Of a stretch of 64,000 nt of DNA, positions 51,035 through 63,231 are shown in pieces. This stretch comes from Eledone cirrhosa (taxonomy: Eukaryota), in assembly GCA_964016885.1 (NCBI GenBank), contig OZ024740.1, positions 44,640,001 through 44,704,000 on the forward strand, read 5' to 3'. The first letter of the stretch is position 1; every line of letters starts with the position of its first letter. The notes under the pieces are model-generated. The model worked only from the letters and a program-made list of their open reading frames with translations, made no database searches and had not been told where the DNA came from. A program made the position numbers and the translations under genes.

Positions 51035-51422
51035 CTAAAATAAATATAAATATAACATTATGTATGTGTATATACACACACACACATATATATACATATA
51101 TGTGTGTGCGCATAGGTAAATAAATATATACATACATGTATATATACATCATCATCATCACTCTATGAATGAAACATAAACCAACAATTGTTGTGATGGA
51201 ATTTGTTATATTTTCAAAAATCAAACCAAAATTCTAATAGCTTATCATTTTAATTGTTTCCTTTAATAATTCTTTATTTTGAAATAAAATAAATACATCC
51301 AGCTTAAGTCTTGATAGTTATAACTTTTATTTATTAAAATAGTCCAACCTATGCTAGCAAGGAAAGTGGTTGATAAACGATGATGATGATGAAAATAAAC
51401 CAATAAATATTTAATACTATAC

Positions 51423-51725
51423 CTGCTCGTTTTCTGAGAAGTAAAGCTCCAGTTGGTTCACTGATGCCAAATTCATTTTCTGCTCTAACACGAATAGCAT
51501 ATTCTTTATTTGGATGTAAATTTTCCAACCTGAAAGATGTTGTTGATATACCCTTAGCAACAGTAATCCAGTTACCAAAAGGCATTTCTTGTAACTCAAT
51601 CCTGTAGCTAATTGGTGAATAATCAACAATTCTAGTGGGTATTTCTGCTGATCTCCAAGCCAATGACACAGTATCAGCACTTATGTCAATAACATATGGT
51701 ATGTCTTTAGTCATTCGTGGAGGTC
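51423..51725 (-). CDS. FN3-repeat gene, exon 6
   Basis: CAG/GTATAG, phase 1-1, 303 bp; PPRMTKDIPYVIDISADTVSLAW..YAIRVRAENEFGISEPT. Confidence 0.9.
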
Positions 51726-51815
51726 CTGTAAAACATCATAGAATTTATAGAATTCTTAAATATTTCATAAAATTCTGAAGGGTTTTTGAAACTTGAGATG
51801 AATTGCCATCTATAT

Positions 51816-52116
51816 TTTACTGTATGTATCAGATATGAAATAGATACAGTGTTCACATGTGTGCTGTAATAGCCATATATACTCTTTACTCTGTGTGTAT
51901 TAAATATAGAATAGATACAGCCTACACCTGTGTGTAGTAATAGCCACATATACTATATACTGTATATATCAGGTTTAGAATAGTTATAGCATACACCAGT
52001 GTGTTGTAATAGCCATATATATTCTTTACTGTGTATCAGGTATAGAATAGGTACAGCATACACCTGTGTGTTGTAATAGCCATACATACTGTATACTGTA
52101 TGCATCTGGTTTAGAT
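51816..52116. repeat. Intronic minisatellite, ~69-bp unit x~4.5
   Basis: Recurring TACTGT..TATCAG..AGAATAG.TACAGCATACACCTGTGTG.TGTAATAGCCATA. Confidence 0.8.
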
Positions 52117-53668
52117 ATGTAGAGTGTATATCTATATGTTGTAAGAAGTACCTAAAAGTGTTCACACCATGAAGAACATCCAGTTGTAACGCATTACCTC
52201 CTAGGGACAGTAAGTCATGAATCCCGCAAAAGTTAACCCCTACTTTAGCAAAGCAAATGGTCTTAAAATGATTTTGTTGTTTTATAAATAACTATATATA
52301 ATTAATATATAATATCAATTTTTCAAGTTTAGTATCAAAAATTATCCCACTATCAAAATTGTAAATTGAATGTAAATAATTCATAATGTCAAATGATCTA
52401 TAGCTAATTAAAAGATAATTTTTATTTTTGCGTGTGTGTGACACAGAATTTCATTCACTTCTTGTTTCATGAAATTTGCAATAAAAATGTTTTTTGTGCA
52501 CCATCAACTAAAGATAAGTACATCATATCCTCTCATATTGTAAGAGGTGACTAAAAGAATCATTGAGCCATAAAACATTGCCTCAGAAAGGTACCTATGA
52601 TGAGCATGAAGCTTGTCATATAACGTCCAAGACTAATTACTATTGATCAGAGTGAAATGGCTTTAAAATACTTGGTGTGTGTTGTTGCAAAGGAAATATT
52701 TTGCTGATTGTCTTTTCAAATATCTTTAATATCAGAACAGAAATTTCTAGAATTTAGTGTAAATTGTTTTTATTATACTGTGTAATCAGAGCAGTAGGGT
52801 AGATTGTATTTCACTTTATAAGGGTCAGCAGGTGTTCAGGTTTGAAATATGTTTGGGGTTTGCAAAGGAAGCCTAGTTTATGTGATATGTGGTCTCTATA
52901 AGAGATTGCCAAATGTTTGGTGTGAATTTTTAAAGAATTTGTTCTGTGCTTTGCTCTTGGGTAGAAAAATAGTAACATTAAGAGTTTATTTCTTGGAGAT
53001 GTAGAAATGTTGTTGTAGTTGCCAGAGTCATTGTCAAAGTTTCTGTTTCTTATCCTCAATCAAGAAATATATACAAATCTGGCTGGAAGGGCTGAAGTTG
53101 TATGTAAATGAGGTGTGTGCATGTATGTAGAATTTTATAATGTAGAATTATATGATGATAATTGTGAAGAATAAAAAAGGAACACAGAAATGCTTTGTTT
53201 ATTATATTTGATTAAGTGTACAATTATTTAAATTAAATTAATTTTGTCAAAATTGATGATGGTTATGTATAACTGAAAGTATTAATTGATATGAATAGAA
53301 ATATAAACTTATAGCAGCTTTACAGTTTTAAATAGTGCAGTTCTGAACATATGCTGTTGGAAAATATTTTTTTAAAAACGTCACAAAAACTATAAAATTC
53401 TTAACACCCTGTTCCACATGAAACCGTATTCCTGGATGTAAGGGAGAAAACTGTAACACTTACTGCTATCATTTCTGCTGTTAGGCCTCACCCAAAGCAT
53501 TGACAAACATAGATGCTTTAATATAAGGGTCTTGAACATATGTGTTTTTGTTTTTTTTAATAACATGGGAGTGATAGGGACCAAACTGACCATATAAGAT
53601 GAAAGCCAACTGTATTTCATTAAATTTCAAATATTTGTAACAAATAGGAAAAAATATTTTGAACATAC

Positions 53669-53971
53669 CTGCACGTCTAGCCAAATAGACTGGAAGTGTT
53701 GGCTCGCTTATATCTCTTCCTATGTAAGCTCTTACACGGAATAAATAGTCACGATCTGGGAAAAGATCCGATACCTGGTAACTTAAAGTACTTATATCCC
53801 GGGCGAGAGGACGCCAATGTTCAGATGGAGGTTCTTGTATTTCAATAATATATAATAGTTGTCTAAGGCTCTTTGAATAACCTTTTGGTAATGTGCCCTC
53901 TCTCCAAGACAGTTTTATAGATGTTGGATTAATGTCAGTTATATGTGGTTCAAATAATGCCATTTGAGGGA
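53669..53971 (-). CDS. FN3-repeat gene, exon 5
   Basis: CAG/GTATGT, phase 1-1, 303 bp; PQMALFEPHITDINPTSIKLSW..YLFRVRAY..SEPT. Confidence 0.9.
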
Positions 53972-54756
53972 CTGTAAAACAAAAAAAAAATGTATCATAG
54001 CTTAAAACATCATTTAGTCACTTTTAAACAGTTGTTGTAATTATCAGACTTTAAATTGTTGAACTATTATATTTTTAAATATGTTTTGTGTTAACAGTAT
54101 TTATAATTAATACTAGCTAATTAATCGAAATAATAATCATACTTGAAGAATAGTTTGTTTACAAAATCCATAAGATAATATTGTTTTATATACATAGCCA
54201 TCTAGGTGTGCTAATGAAATATAAAAGCAGCGAAGTGCATACATACACTACTCTTATTCCAATGTTGAGGTATCTGTGACATAATCACAGCATAAAATAC
54301 TCACAGTTAGTTGTAACATATATTTATCATTTGTAAGCATATTGCATGTGGGTTCATATATACCTTTATTAATATAAAATCTATTAAGAACTTCTATTTT
54401 CCTATGTAATTATCATATTCAATAGTCTTCTTTTCTCTGCAGAATACACAGATGCTTTTTTTTAAACAAAGTTTTTACTGTTTCTTCCACTTCTCACTCT
54501 TCTCTATCTTTATATTTCTTCTTTTATTTATCATTCTATCTTCTGCTGAAACTAACGTCCAAAACATTAAGACTATTTTCCTACTGTATCAAGCATTAAA
54601 CTAATATATATCTTTATTCTACTGTACCATTTTGCTGTGGTTTTCCATTTACTTTTCACACACACTCATATATATATATATACACATATATGTATACACT
54701 ATTATAAGTTAAGTAATGTGTGTTTTTATTTGAAATAATATTTTGAAATGTCGTAC

Positions 54757-55059
54757 CAGGTCTTCTTTGTAAAAGGACAGGGAATGTAGGTTCACTGGTA
54801 CCACTGTCAGTTTGAGCTTGAATCCTGAAGCTATAATCTCGATCAGGCTTTAAACCAATAACTCGGTAATTGAGCTGAGTTATTCTGTTTGCCACAGGAA
54901 TCCATTCAATACTTGGATGTTCTTGCATAAATACACTGTATGTAATTGGAGAAAGCAAGTGTTGATAGGTTGGAACCTCAGCTTTCTTCCATGATAAATT
55001 CACAGAATCACTTCCTATAAGTGAAAGGATAACATCTGTTCGGGAAAGTTTTGGTGGCA
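54757..55059 (-). CDS. FN3-repeat gene, exon 4
   Basis: CAG/GTACGA, phase 1-1, 303 bp; PPKLSRTDVILSLIGSDSVNLSW..YSFRIQAQ..SEPT. Confidence 0.87.
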
Positions 55060-55761
55060 CTGTAAAATAATTACAACATAAAAAAAGTTATATATCATAC
55101 ATATTTATCATCTTAAAAAATATTTGTTAAATTTTAGAATCCTAGAAAATTATTTTTAGTTTATTAGAATGTAATACATCTATCATGTTATAACTTCATA
55201 TTTTGTTATAGCTGCATCTTGTAAAAGATAGCAAAAAGAATTGTTACTCCAACTGTAAACTATTGCTTCAAAAGGAAACCATGATTAATATGAAAACTGT
55301 CATGGGACCCACAAGGCTTTAGTGGGGAAAATAACTTTAAGATGCTTGTTGTATGTTAACGTCTTATTTCCATTTCACTTGTTGTCAGGTTATTAAACCA
55401 GTGGAATACAAACATAATTATTTTGAAAAACTGCTTCTGCTCTTAAATCTGGCACACACATTTATTCCTCTGAGAATTAGCAATATAATTGTATTAAGGG
55501 TAAAATAGATATAGGATACACTTTAAAGGAAAGAGTAACCATAAAGTTACCTTTGCATTTGTAATGATTAGAAGTATAAAGATACAACACAACACCTTTT
55601 AAAGGCTTGTTGATCTCTCTGCACACTTTAAGAGAGAACTAAAATGGTTAGTACCAGGAAAGGCATCTAGCCATAAAACTTTGCCTCAAAAAGGGACCCT
55701 ATGATAAGAAGTATTAAAATTCAATTACCAAAAACAAAAACAAAAAACTATATTTACTTAC

Positions 55762-56055
55762 AAGGTTTCCTATATAAACCAATAGGTGGGCTTGGATCAC
55801 TCAAACCAACTTTAGTATTTGCACGTATCCTGAAAAAGTAATCATGATGTGGTGACAGATTAGGAACTCTGTAACTTGTTCCTGTCACACCTCTAGCTAT
55901 CTCATGCCAGTGATAACCTGGTATGTCTTGCTGTTCAATTATATAATCAATCACTGGATGTTCATCAACTGGTCTTTTAATTAGACTCCATCTTAATAAT
56001 ATATCAGGGTATTCTTCATAAATTTCCAAATTATGGATTGGTGGACGGATAGAAG
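55762..56055 (-). CDS. FN3-repeat gene, exon 3
   Basis: TAG/GTAAGT, phase 1-1, 294 bp; SIRPPIHNLEIYEEYPDILLRW..YFFRIRAN..GLSDPS. Confidence 0.9.
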
Positions 56056-56623
56056 CTACAAATGAAATAATAAAATAAATTGGATGTTACATTTTTAAAA
56101 AATGGTAATAATTCAGAGTATGTTATAAAATTTAATGTGAAACAAACTGAAGTTAAATATCTGCTGTAATTAATTTTATGTTGAAGTTTGAGTCGTCAGA
56201 AGTAACAATTCCTCCAAAGCCAACAGTAAAAAAGATTTCAAACTCATCAGTAGAAATTTATTGGAATTAACCCTTTTATAATATTAAGCTACATTTCAAA
56301 ATAGATAAAGTGTCTAATTTATAATAAAAAACTTTTGAGGTACCTAAAAAAGAGAATTTTTTAAATAGGATGGTAATAGCAAGCCTGAAACTGATCCTGG
56401 TTTTACAATATAAAATTCTTTATTTTAAATTGTTTTAATATTAAAAACATTCCATTACAATTTTATGTCAGAACATTACATTATGCTCCAAACACCAGCT
56501 TAACAGGAAAGTTAGTTTGATAACTAAATGCCTTCAAATTCTTGATTGTTATCAAGATACACAAAAATTAATAGGTAATGTCTTTCATTATAAATATGGT
56601 AATGAAAAGATTATGCTACTTAC

Positions 56624-56926
56624 ATGCAAACCTACTTAAAGCAACAGTTCTTGTAGGAGGACTCAATCCATATTCACTCAATGCTCTAACTCGGAAGTTA
56701 TAATCATGACTAGGATTAAGATCACTTATATGATAACTTGTTGTTGGTATACCACTAACCACTGGGTGCCAGTCTGGATATGGAGGCTGTTGGGATTCGA
56801 TCATGTAATAAAGTGTTCCATCACCTTCACTATAAGGAGGTATATCTGTTCTGCTCCATCTCAGATTTACAGTGCTTGGTTCATGTTGTTCTATATCCAG
56901 ATGATCAATAGGACTTTTACCTTTGG
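56624..56926 (-). CDS. FN3-repeat gene, exon 2
   Basis: CAG/GTAAGT, phase 1-1, 303 bp; KGKSPIDHLDIEQHEPSTVNLRW..YNFRVRAL..GLSPPT. Confidence 0.9.
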
Positions 56927-57398
56927 CTGAAAATAAGTGCAATCCATGCAAGTAGTATTATATATGTATATAATTCTATTGTTTACCATCAAAGACTGAA
57001 AATCCTGTTATCAATAATTGTTAAAATTATAAAACATAATCATTGAGATGGCCATAATCTTATACAGTTGCATATGATATTTCAAAGGTAAAATATTTTA
57101 ATTTAATCATTTTTAATTGATCATCAATTTTGCATTATAGTTATTAGGGTTAGTATTATATGTATTAATACTATAAAACTACATGGCACAAATTATGTTT
57201 AATAGAATCTAATATATATTCACATTCATGAACATAGTATCTATTATCAGACAATATATATGTGCTGGTAAAAATTGGAATCTGCATGTTATTCCATATA
57301 CCGAATAAACTGAATATAACAAATAAGTAACCAAAAGAAAAAGATATTGACTAAAAAGAGCACAAGAGCATTCTGCCTTCTGCTGGATGAAAATTTAC

Positions 57399-57701
57399 CC
57401 ATAGTTCTGTATAAAGTAACAGGTGGTGATGGTTCAGTAGCTCCCAGTGGAGAATATGCTCTGACTCGGAATCTATAATCTTTATTTGGCTCCAGCCCTT
57501 TTACAATGTGAGATGTGTCTGGTATCTTGGAAGCATATTCTCGCCACTTATAGTCAGGAGGTTGTTGTATTTCAATTATATATGTTAGACTATCCTCTCC
57601 TGGTCTATAACTTGGTATACTTATTCGATTCCATCGAAGACGAATTGATGTTGGATCAAGGTCTTCAATATGAGGACGATCAACTGGTACACCAGGATAT
57701 A
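57399..57701 (-). CDS. FN3-repeat gene, exon 1 of 10 seen (upstream exons not found in the window)
   Basis: CAG/GTAAAT, phase 1-1, 303 bp; YPGVPVDRPHIEDLDPTSIRLRW..YIIEIQQPP..W..YRFRVRAY..EPS. Confidence 0.9.
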
Positions 57702-58311
57702 CTGAAACAGTTATAAAGGAGAAACTCACTCATCCATGAAGCATAATACAAAGAGAAATACAATTAATAGTAAAAAAGTATATAAATGAAACAAATATAA
57801 AAATATATAATTTTACAGTTACAAAATGTTTAAATATCATACTTTTTATCTCATGTCTGATTTCATGACCAATTAAACTTTTTAGAATATTACTTAGAAA
57901 TGAAATTTTAGAAACATCTATTTTAACATCAAATGAAATGAAAAGTACCACAAACAGACCAAGGATTAGGCATTTTAAAATTTTGATACAGATATTCATG
58001 TTATTGAGAAGAGTGAAATACTGCTGTAAACTGGATACAATATGTTGAATATGGAATGTAAATTTGAAAAGTAGAGGGCCAGTAAATTGATAAAATCATG
58101 CATCATAAATAATATTTATTAATAATAAATGGTAGCCTAGTAGAGATAGGTCAAATAAAACTTGGTTTGAAATATTAAAATGACTCTGTAGATTGTTAAT
58201 TTGATTGTCAGTTTTGAATGGCTTGAACTTCATTTGTCATTAGGCTCCTTCTCATGTTTATAAACATGTGCTCAGGAATATTTATTCAAAGCAATCTTAA
58301 ATATTTATGTG

Positions 58312-58505
58312 AAAGCTTATGGCCTACATGTTAGAGTGTTTTGCTCATGATCATATGGTCATGGGTTTGATTCCCAGATAGGGTGACACATTGTATTCTT
58401 GAGCAAGGCATTTCATTTCACACTGATCCACTCTACTCAGCTGAAAAAAGAGTACCAGCAGAACCTGACGACTTAGCCTGGTGATGGACTGGTGTCTCAT
58501 CCAAG
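58312..58505 (+). mobile_element. Old CORE-like SINE
   Basis: TGGCCTACATGTTAGAG, GGTTTGATTCC and TTCTTGAGCAAGGCATTTCATTTCAC. Confidence 0.6.
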
Positions 58506-58633
58506 GGATCTGAGTCTTGTATAGTCAGTTTGATTTTTTCAAACTAACAGATTTAAATGGTGGGTTTCACTCCCACCCCATACATATGTATATTTATATG
58601 TATTATCATCGTCATTTTAATGTCTGCTTTCCC

Positions 58634-58726
<93 letters not shown>

Positions 58727-58821
58727 GTAGAACACTGGAAGGTAATATCCGTAGTGGTAGAGCACCCAGTCCATGGAATGAGTTAGGTAGAAGTGGTAAC
58801 ACAACAGTTAGTTCACCATAC

Positions 58822-58859
58822 CGAGAACAATTGTTTCACCTTAGCGGCTCCTCAGCTCG
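58822..58859 (-). ncRNA. Minimal type I hammerhead ribozyme with palindromic helix III
   Basis: CGAG-CTGAGGA-GCC-GCTAA-GGT-GAAA-CAATTG-TT-CTCG. All three helices and the core are intact; predicted cleavage after GUU. Confidence 0.8.
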
Positions 58860-59259
58860 TAATGGACATGGTTATATGGAACAGGAAGGACAACTGTATG
58901 AATGCGCATGCGCAGAAATGGTCATTACACCCAGGCAATACAAAACTGTGTGCGAGAGGTGTAAGGGAGATAACTGTGAAAGTCCGAAAGGTTCTAGTTG
59001 ATAAGAAAATTAGGATGTGGTTGTTGTTCAATCCGGAACTTTGTAGTTATGTAAGAGGTGTTTCCAGACATGTGGACAACGTGTGAAGATTTCATTTCTT
59101 GAGTTTAGACAATTGCTATTGCGTAATCTCTTTAGAATATTTACCCGTTCATCAATACATAGTCTGCATGCAGTTTTGTATTGCTTGGGCGAAGTGACCG
59201 TTTTTGTGCATGTGCGTTCATACGGTTCTCCTTCCTGTTCCTTATAACCATGTCCATTA

Positions 59260-59297
59260 CGATCTGAGGATCCACTAAGGTGAAACAATTGTTCTCA
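59260..59297 (+). ncRNA. Mutated sister hammerhead
   Basis: CGAT-CTGAGGA-TCC-ACTAA-GGT-GAAA-CAATTG-TT-CTCA; helix I and the G10.1 position are disrupted. Confidence 0.55.
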
Positions 59298-59329
59298 GTA
59301 TGGTGAACTAACTGTTGTGTTACCAATTC

Positions 59330-59387
<58 letters not shown>

Positions 59388-60155
59388 CATTAATTCTGTT
59401 CCCATCTACCAAATACCCCTCACATGATATTAGGGAACTCAAAATTATAGTAGAAGTCTTTTACATAAGGTGTATCAAAGTGGACTTCAGCCCAGAACTA
59501 TATGGCTGCAATCTAAGCAACTTCACCACACAGCCATTCTAGCAACTAATATATAATGATAGCTTTTTCTCAAAATAGCATATGGTTCCTATTGTCTTAC
59601 AATGCCCCTTCTGCCATTTGATTAACTCTAATAAATAACCCAGATTTACTAATCAGATAAACATGTCTATTTTTAGAAAATATGTTACAATATAATTTAA
59701 ATCTACATACAATTGCTCTATAGAATAAGAATTATAGAACACTATGTGGTTTCATGACAGCCAGAGGACATGTCTGTAAACATGGTAAATAAAGAATCTT
59801 GTGCACAAATGAAAAGATCAGAAGAGTCATTATATCAATACTAGCGTCTAATGTAAAAAATATTGATATGTAATTGAGGATCAGATTTCAGAAATATGTT
59901 TTCGTAGAGATATTGTAAATGCTGAGAAATTATTAAAAGGAATATATAGTTGTTGTTGCTGTTGTTTAACCCCAAATCAGCTCTGGCTGAGCAGACCTAG
60001 GATTAGTTGTATTCCAGCCATGTCCATCCACATATTTTTCTAGCCACAGTGCACTCACAACCACATCATCTAAAATGGCAGGGTGTGATTTGAAGGATAT
60101 TTGATAGCTGGAATGACCATGTAAAGGCTTCCCTATTGGTTTAGTTACCTCCCTG

Positions 60156-60280
60156 TATGATCTGAGTTCAAATCCCGCCGAGGTTAACTTTGCCTTTCAT
60201 CCTTACGAGGTTGATAAAATAAAGTACCAGTAATGCACTGGGTAATTGCTGGCCTTGTGCCAAAAGTAGAAACAATTATA
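60156..60280 (+). mobile_element. SINE family 1, 5'-truncated
   Basis: B box through the AGAAACAATTATTA tail. Confidence 0.82.
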
Positions 60281-60558
60281 TAAGTTTTAATATTGAGTCA
60301 AATGTGGTATTTTCTCCTTTCATTTTTACTTTTTATGCAGTCTGCTCTTCTTTGTTTTAATGTTGTTTATAAAAAAAAAATATAATCCATAAAAATATAT
60401 ATTACTAAAATATATGTTACTTTTGAGAGAAATTAAAGTACTTTCTCCTGCAATATTTCTATTATTAAAAAATAATTTTGTATCAAAACCTTTTTTCATG
60501 TAGTATTAGAATATCCATGTTTAAAACACAAATGAAAAATAATATAATCAACAACATG

Positions 60559-60900
60559 GAGGCACATGGCTTAGTGGTTAGAGCATTGGCCTTGCAATCG
60601 AAAGGTTGTGAGTTCAATTCTCAGACTGGGTGATGTGTTGTTTCCTTGAGCAAGACACTTTATTTCACATTGCTCCAGTTTACTCAGCTGTAGAAATGAG
60701 ATGATAGGGACTGGGGTCCCTATCATTCCACTGTAAAGTGGTCGTGGAGGTGCCACGGCAAAAAAGCACCCAACACTCACTGTAAATGAGGTTGGTGTTA
60801 GGAAGGGCATCCAGCTGTAGAAATCAAGCCACAATCAGTTCCCGTCCCACCCTTGCAAGCAGGGAAAAGCGGACATTAAATAATGATGATGATGATGATG
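60559..60900 (+). mobile_element. SINE family 2 copy (CORE-like, RTE tail)
   Basis: Homologous to 5327-5668; (GAT)n tail. Confidence 0.87.
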
Positions 60901-61933
60901 AACAGTTAGTATTTGTGGATGATATGATTGAAATTATGAGGAGTAAAGACGAAACATTGCAAAGAGTTTTCCTGGTGTTCTTGTGTGTGTGCATATATGT
61001 GTGTTAGTGCATGTGAGTGTCTGTGTGTGCATGTGTGTATGTGTGTACACACAATGTGAATTTAGAAGTAAAACAGGCCATAAATGTGGTGATTTTATCT
61101 ACAGAAGTTCTACGTACAGTGTTGCCTTGATTATGTGGTAATCAGGTGGCCCAATGTGGAGAGACAGTGACTGAGTTAACGTTGGATTTGAATACAAGAA
61201 AAAAGTCAAGAGTGATGGTGTGTTGGGAAGAATTGTGGCTAGATAAAAATAGTAATTGCTGACAATTTAGAATAGTAAATGTGTTGGCCTCCACCAGGAG
61301 TTGTATGTCAAGGATGACTATTTCAGAATGATGTGAATTAGGATGTGTTCTTGTTTCAGAAAAAGAGATAGGCAAACAACTGCTGTTGTGGGCTGAGTTC
61401 ACAAAACTTATACAAACTGTAGATATATTTATAAGAATGTGTAAAAGAGACTTTTAGACAGAACAATTAGGTCTTGATTTTTAATACTCAGGTGAGAAAG
61501 GGTAGCTAGAGGAGAGAAAATAAATTCTATGTGTGCATGCAATGTCATCTATTAGGAGGAAGCAATAATCATAGTTTATTAATTAGTACATCAAACTCAA
61601 TCAGGATCTGAAATTTTAAAAGGTTATCATGTAAGTTAGAAGAAAGAAAGCCTGCACAGCAAATATTTTCAAAATACAAGTCAAAGTCAAAATAAACAAC
61701 CATAATGTTTACCTTTTGTGTGAATTTAAATCTTAATTTTTTCCCCATTCAATTATTTTTATTTAATTTCCATTTAATTTAAACATATATATATATATAT
61801 AAATATGGTTTTATAAATATAGTTTCCATTTGTTAATATATTGTATATTTACTCCAATAATTTTTTGAGTGCTTTATATCAGTTATAAAAATATTTTAGC
61901 TTGTTGTATCCCAACAAATTAAATATAACCTCT

Positions 61934-61964
<31 letters not shown>

Positions 61965-62109
61965 AGACCACCTCACTAAACAACTAAAATGTAAATTTAA
62001 AAAACAAAATAAGCGTTTTCTAAGAAAAACAATTATCTAATACTTTTGATGCAAAACTACCTGAAATTGTCCCTAGTTTTACAATACTAAGTTATATATT
62101 TTAGTGGTC

Positions 62110-62360
62110 ATAATCATCATTATCATCATTTAACATTTATTTCTCCATACTTGCATGGGGTAAACAGATTGACTACATCTTACTTATACAGATCAGTATT
62201 TTGGCTTGGTTTCTATGGTTGGGTCTCCTTTCTAACGTCAAACACATTACAGTGTGGACTGGGTGCTTTTTATCATGAAACCAAAGCGACTATCTAATAG
62301 AGTGGACTGTGCTTTTTCATCATGTTACCCACATGACTACTTTACAGGGTGGACTGAGAA
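62110..62360 (-). mobile_element. Degenerate RTE 3'UTR fragment
   Basis: ACAGTGTGGACTGGGTGCTTTTT matches the reverse complement of 11302-11325. Confidence 0.55.
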
Positions 62361-63231
62361 CCTTTTTTATATCTATCTAAAATCCCTCCATCATAATTTT
62401 ATGTAAGAATCTTTGTTACACTATGCTGTAGACATCAACTAAGTAAGGTTAGTTAATTACTAAAGAGGTAAATTAGAGAGAGTGATCGAAGTCACAGATG
62501 CTTATTTGTATTTATACAAATAAGGAGTTATATATATAATTCTAACCAGTGCGCTAACTCTAGCGCACTGTTGGCTTTTAATGTCCAGAAAGGTTTTAGG
62601 CACTACCATTGTTACTGTCCCACTATTTCTCACCATGGTACTTGGAGATTGGAGCCGAATGCTACCATTCTATTGTACAGCGATTGGAGACTGATTTTCT
62701 CTAATAACCAATTTTTCACTTGCTTGTTAACTTGTGTTTGAGATACATTGGCTGAGTGCTTATGGCTGGAGTAGAACTATTTGAATTTCATTTCCTACCG
62801 TCACATAAATTTCTGAACCGGTAGTCAATCGGTTGATGGCATCGTGATGAGGTGTAGGGATTTCAGTTGCTAATGTTTTACTGTGTTGACTCACTGTCAT
62901 AGCATCATAGGCTGGAATTGAATTCTGTTGAATGATTGGTTATTGATTAGGCAAAACCGGCTGATGAAGCCACATGTGCCGATTGTGCACTGTTGCATAA
63001 TAAATGGTGACAGTAGATGTTGTGCATTCTATTGCTTCATTAAGTGTGGCCGAAACTTGAGTATGTGTATAGATTTATGGTATATTTATAGATTTATGTG
63101 TGTTGTATTGAAGCGAATAACTATGTCTCTACTCTGGGATTTTACATAACATTACCTATTGAGTATGCTGAGATGCAACTGGTACTAGCAGTGAAACCCA
63201 TGCTAGTCCCGTCAACTTTATATATATATAT

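Larger units (their letters stand above)
58783..59331. mobile_element. Penelope-like element remnant: ~165-bp inverted repeat around the endonuclease C-terminus
   Basis: 58783-58950 is the reverse complement of 59168-59331. The spacer encodes, on the minus strand, CRLCIDERVNI..CLNSRNEIFTRCPHVWKHLL, the typical C-terminus of the PLE GIY-YIG region. Confidence 0.82.

Noticed and set aside
52811-53059. 82-aa minus-strand ORF as an extra exon of the FN3 gene
   Set aside because: No FN3 or Ig motif; more likely a decayed repeat.
62440-63210. Possible LTR-retrotransposon remnant
   Set aside because: No recognisable integrase, PPT or TG..CA motif could be confirmed.
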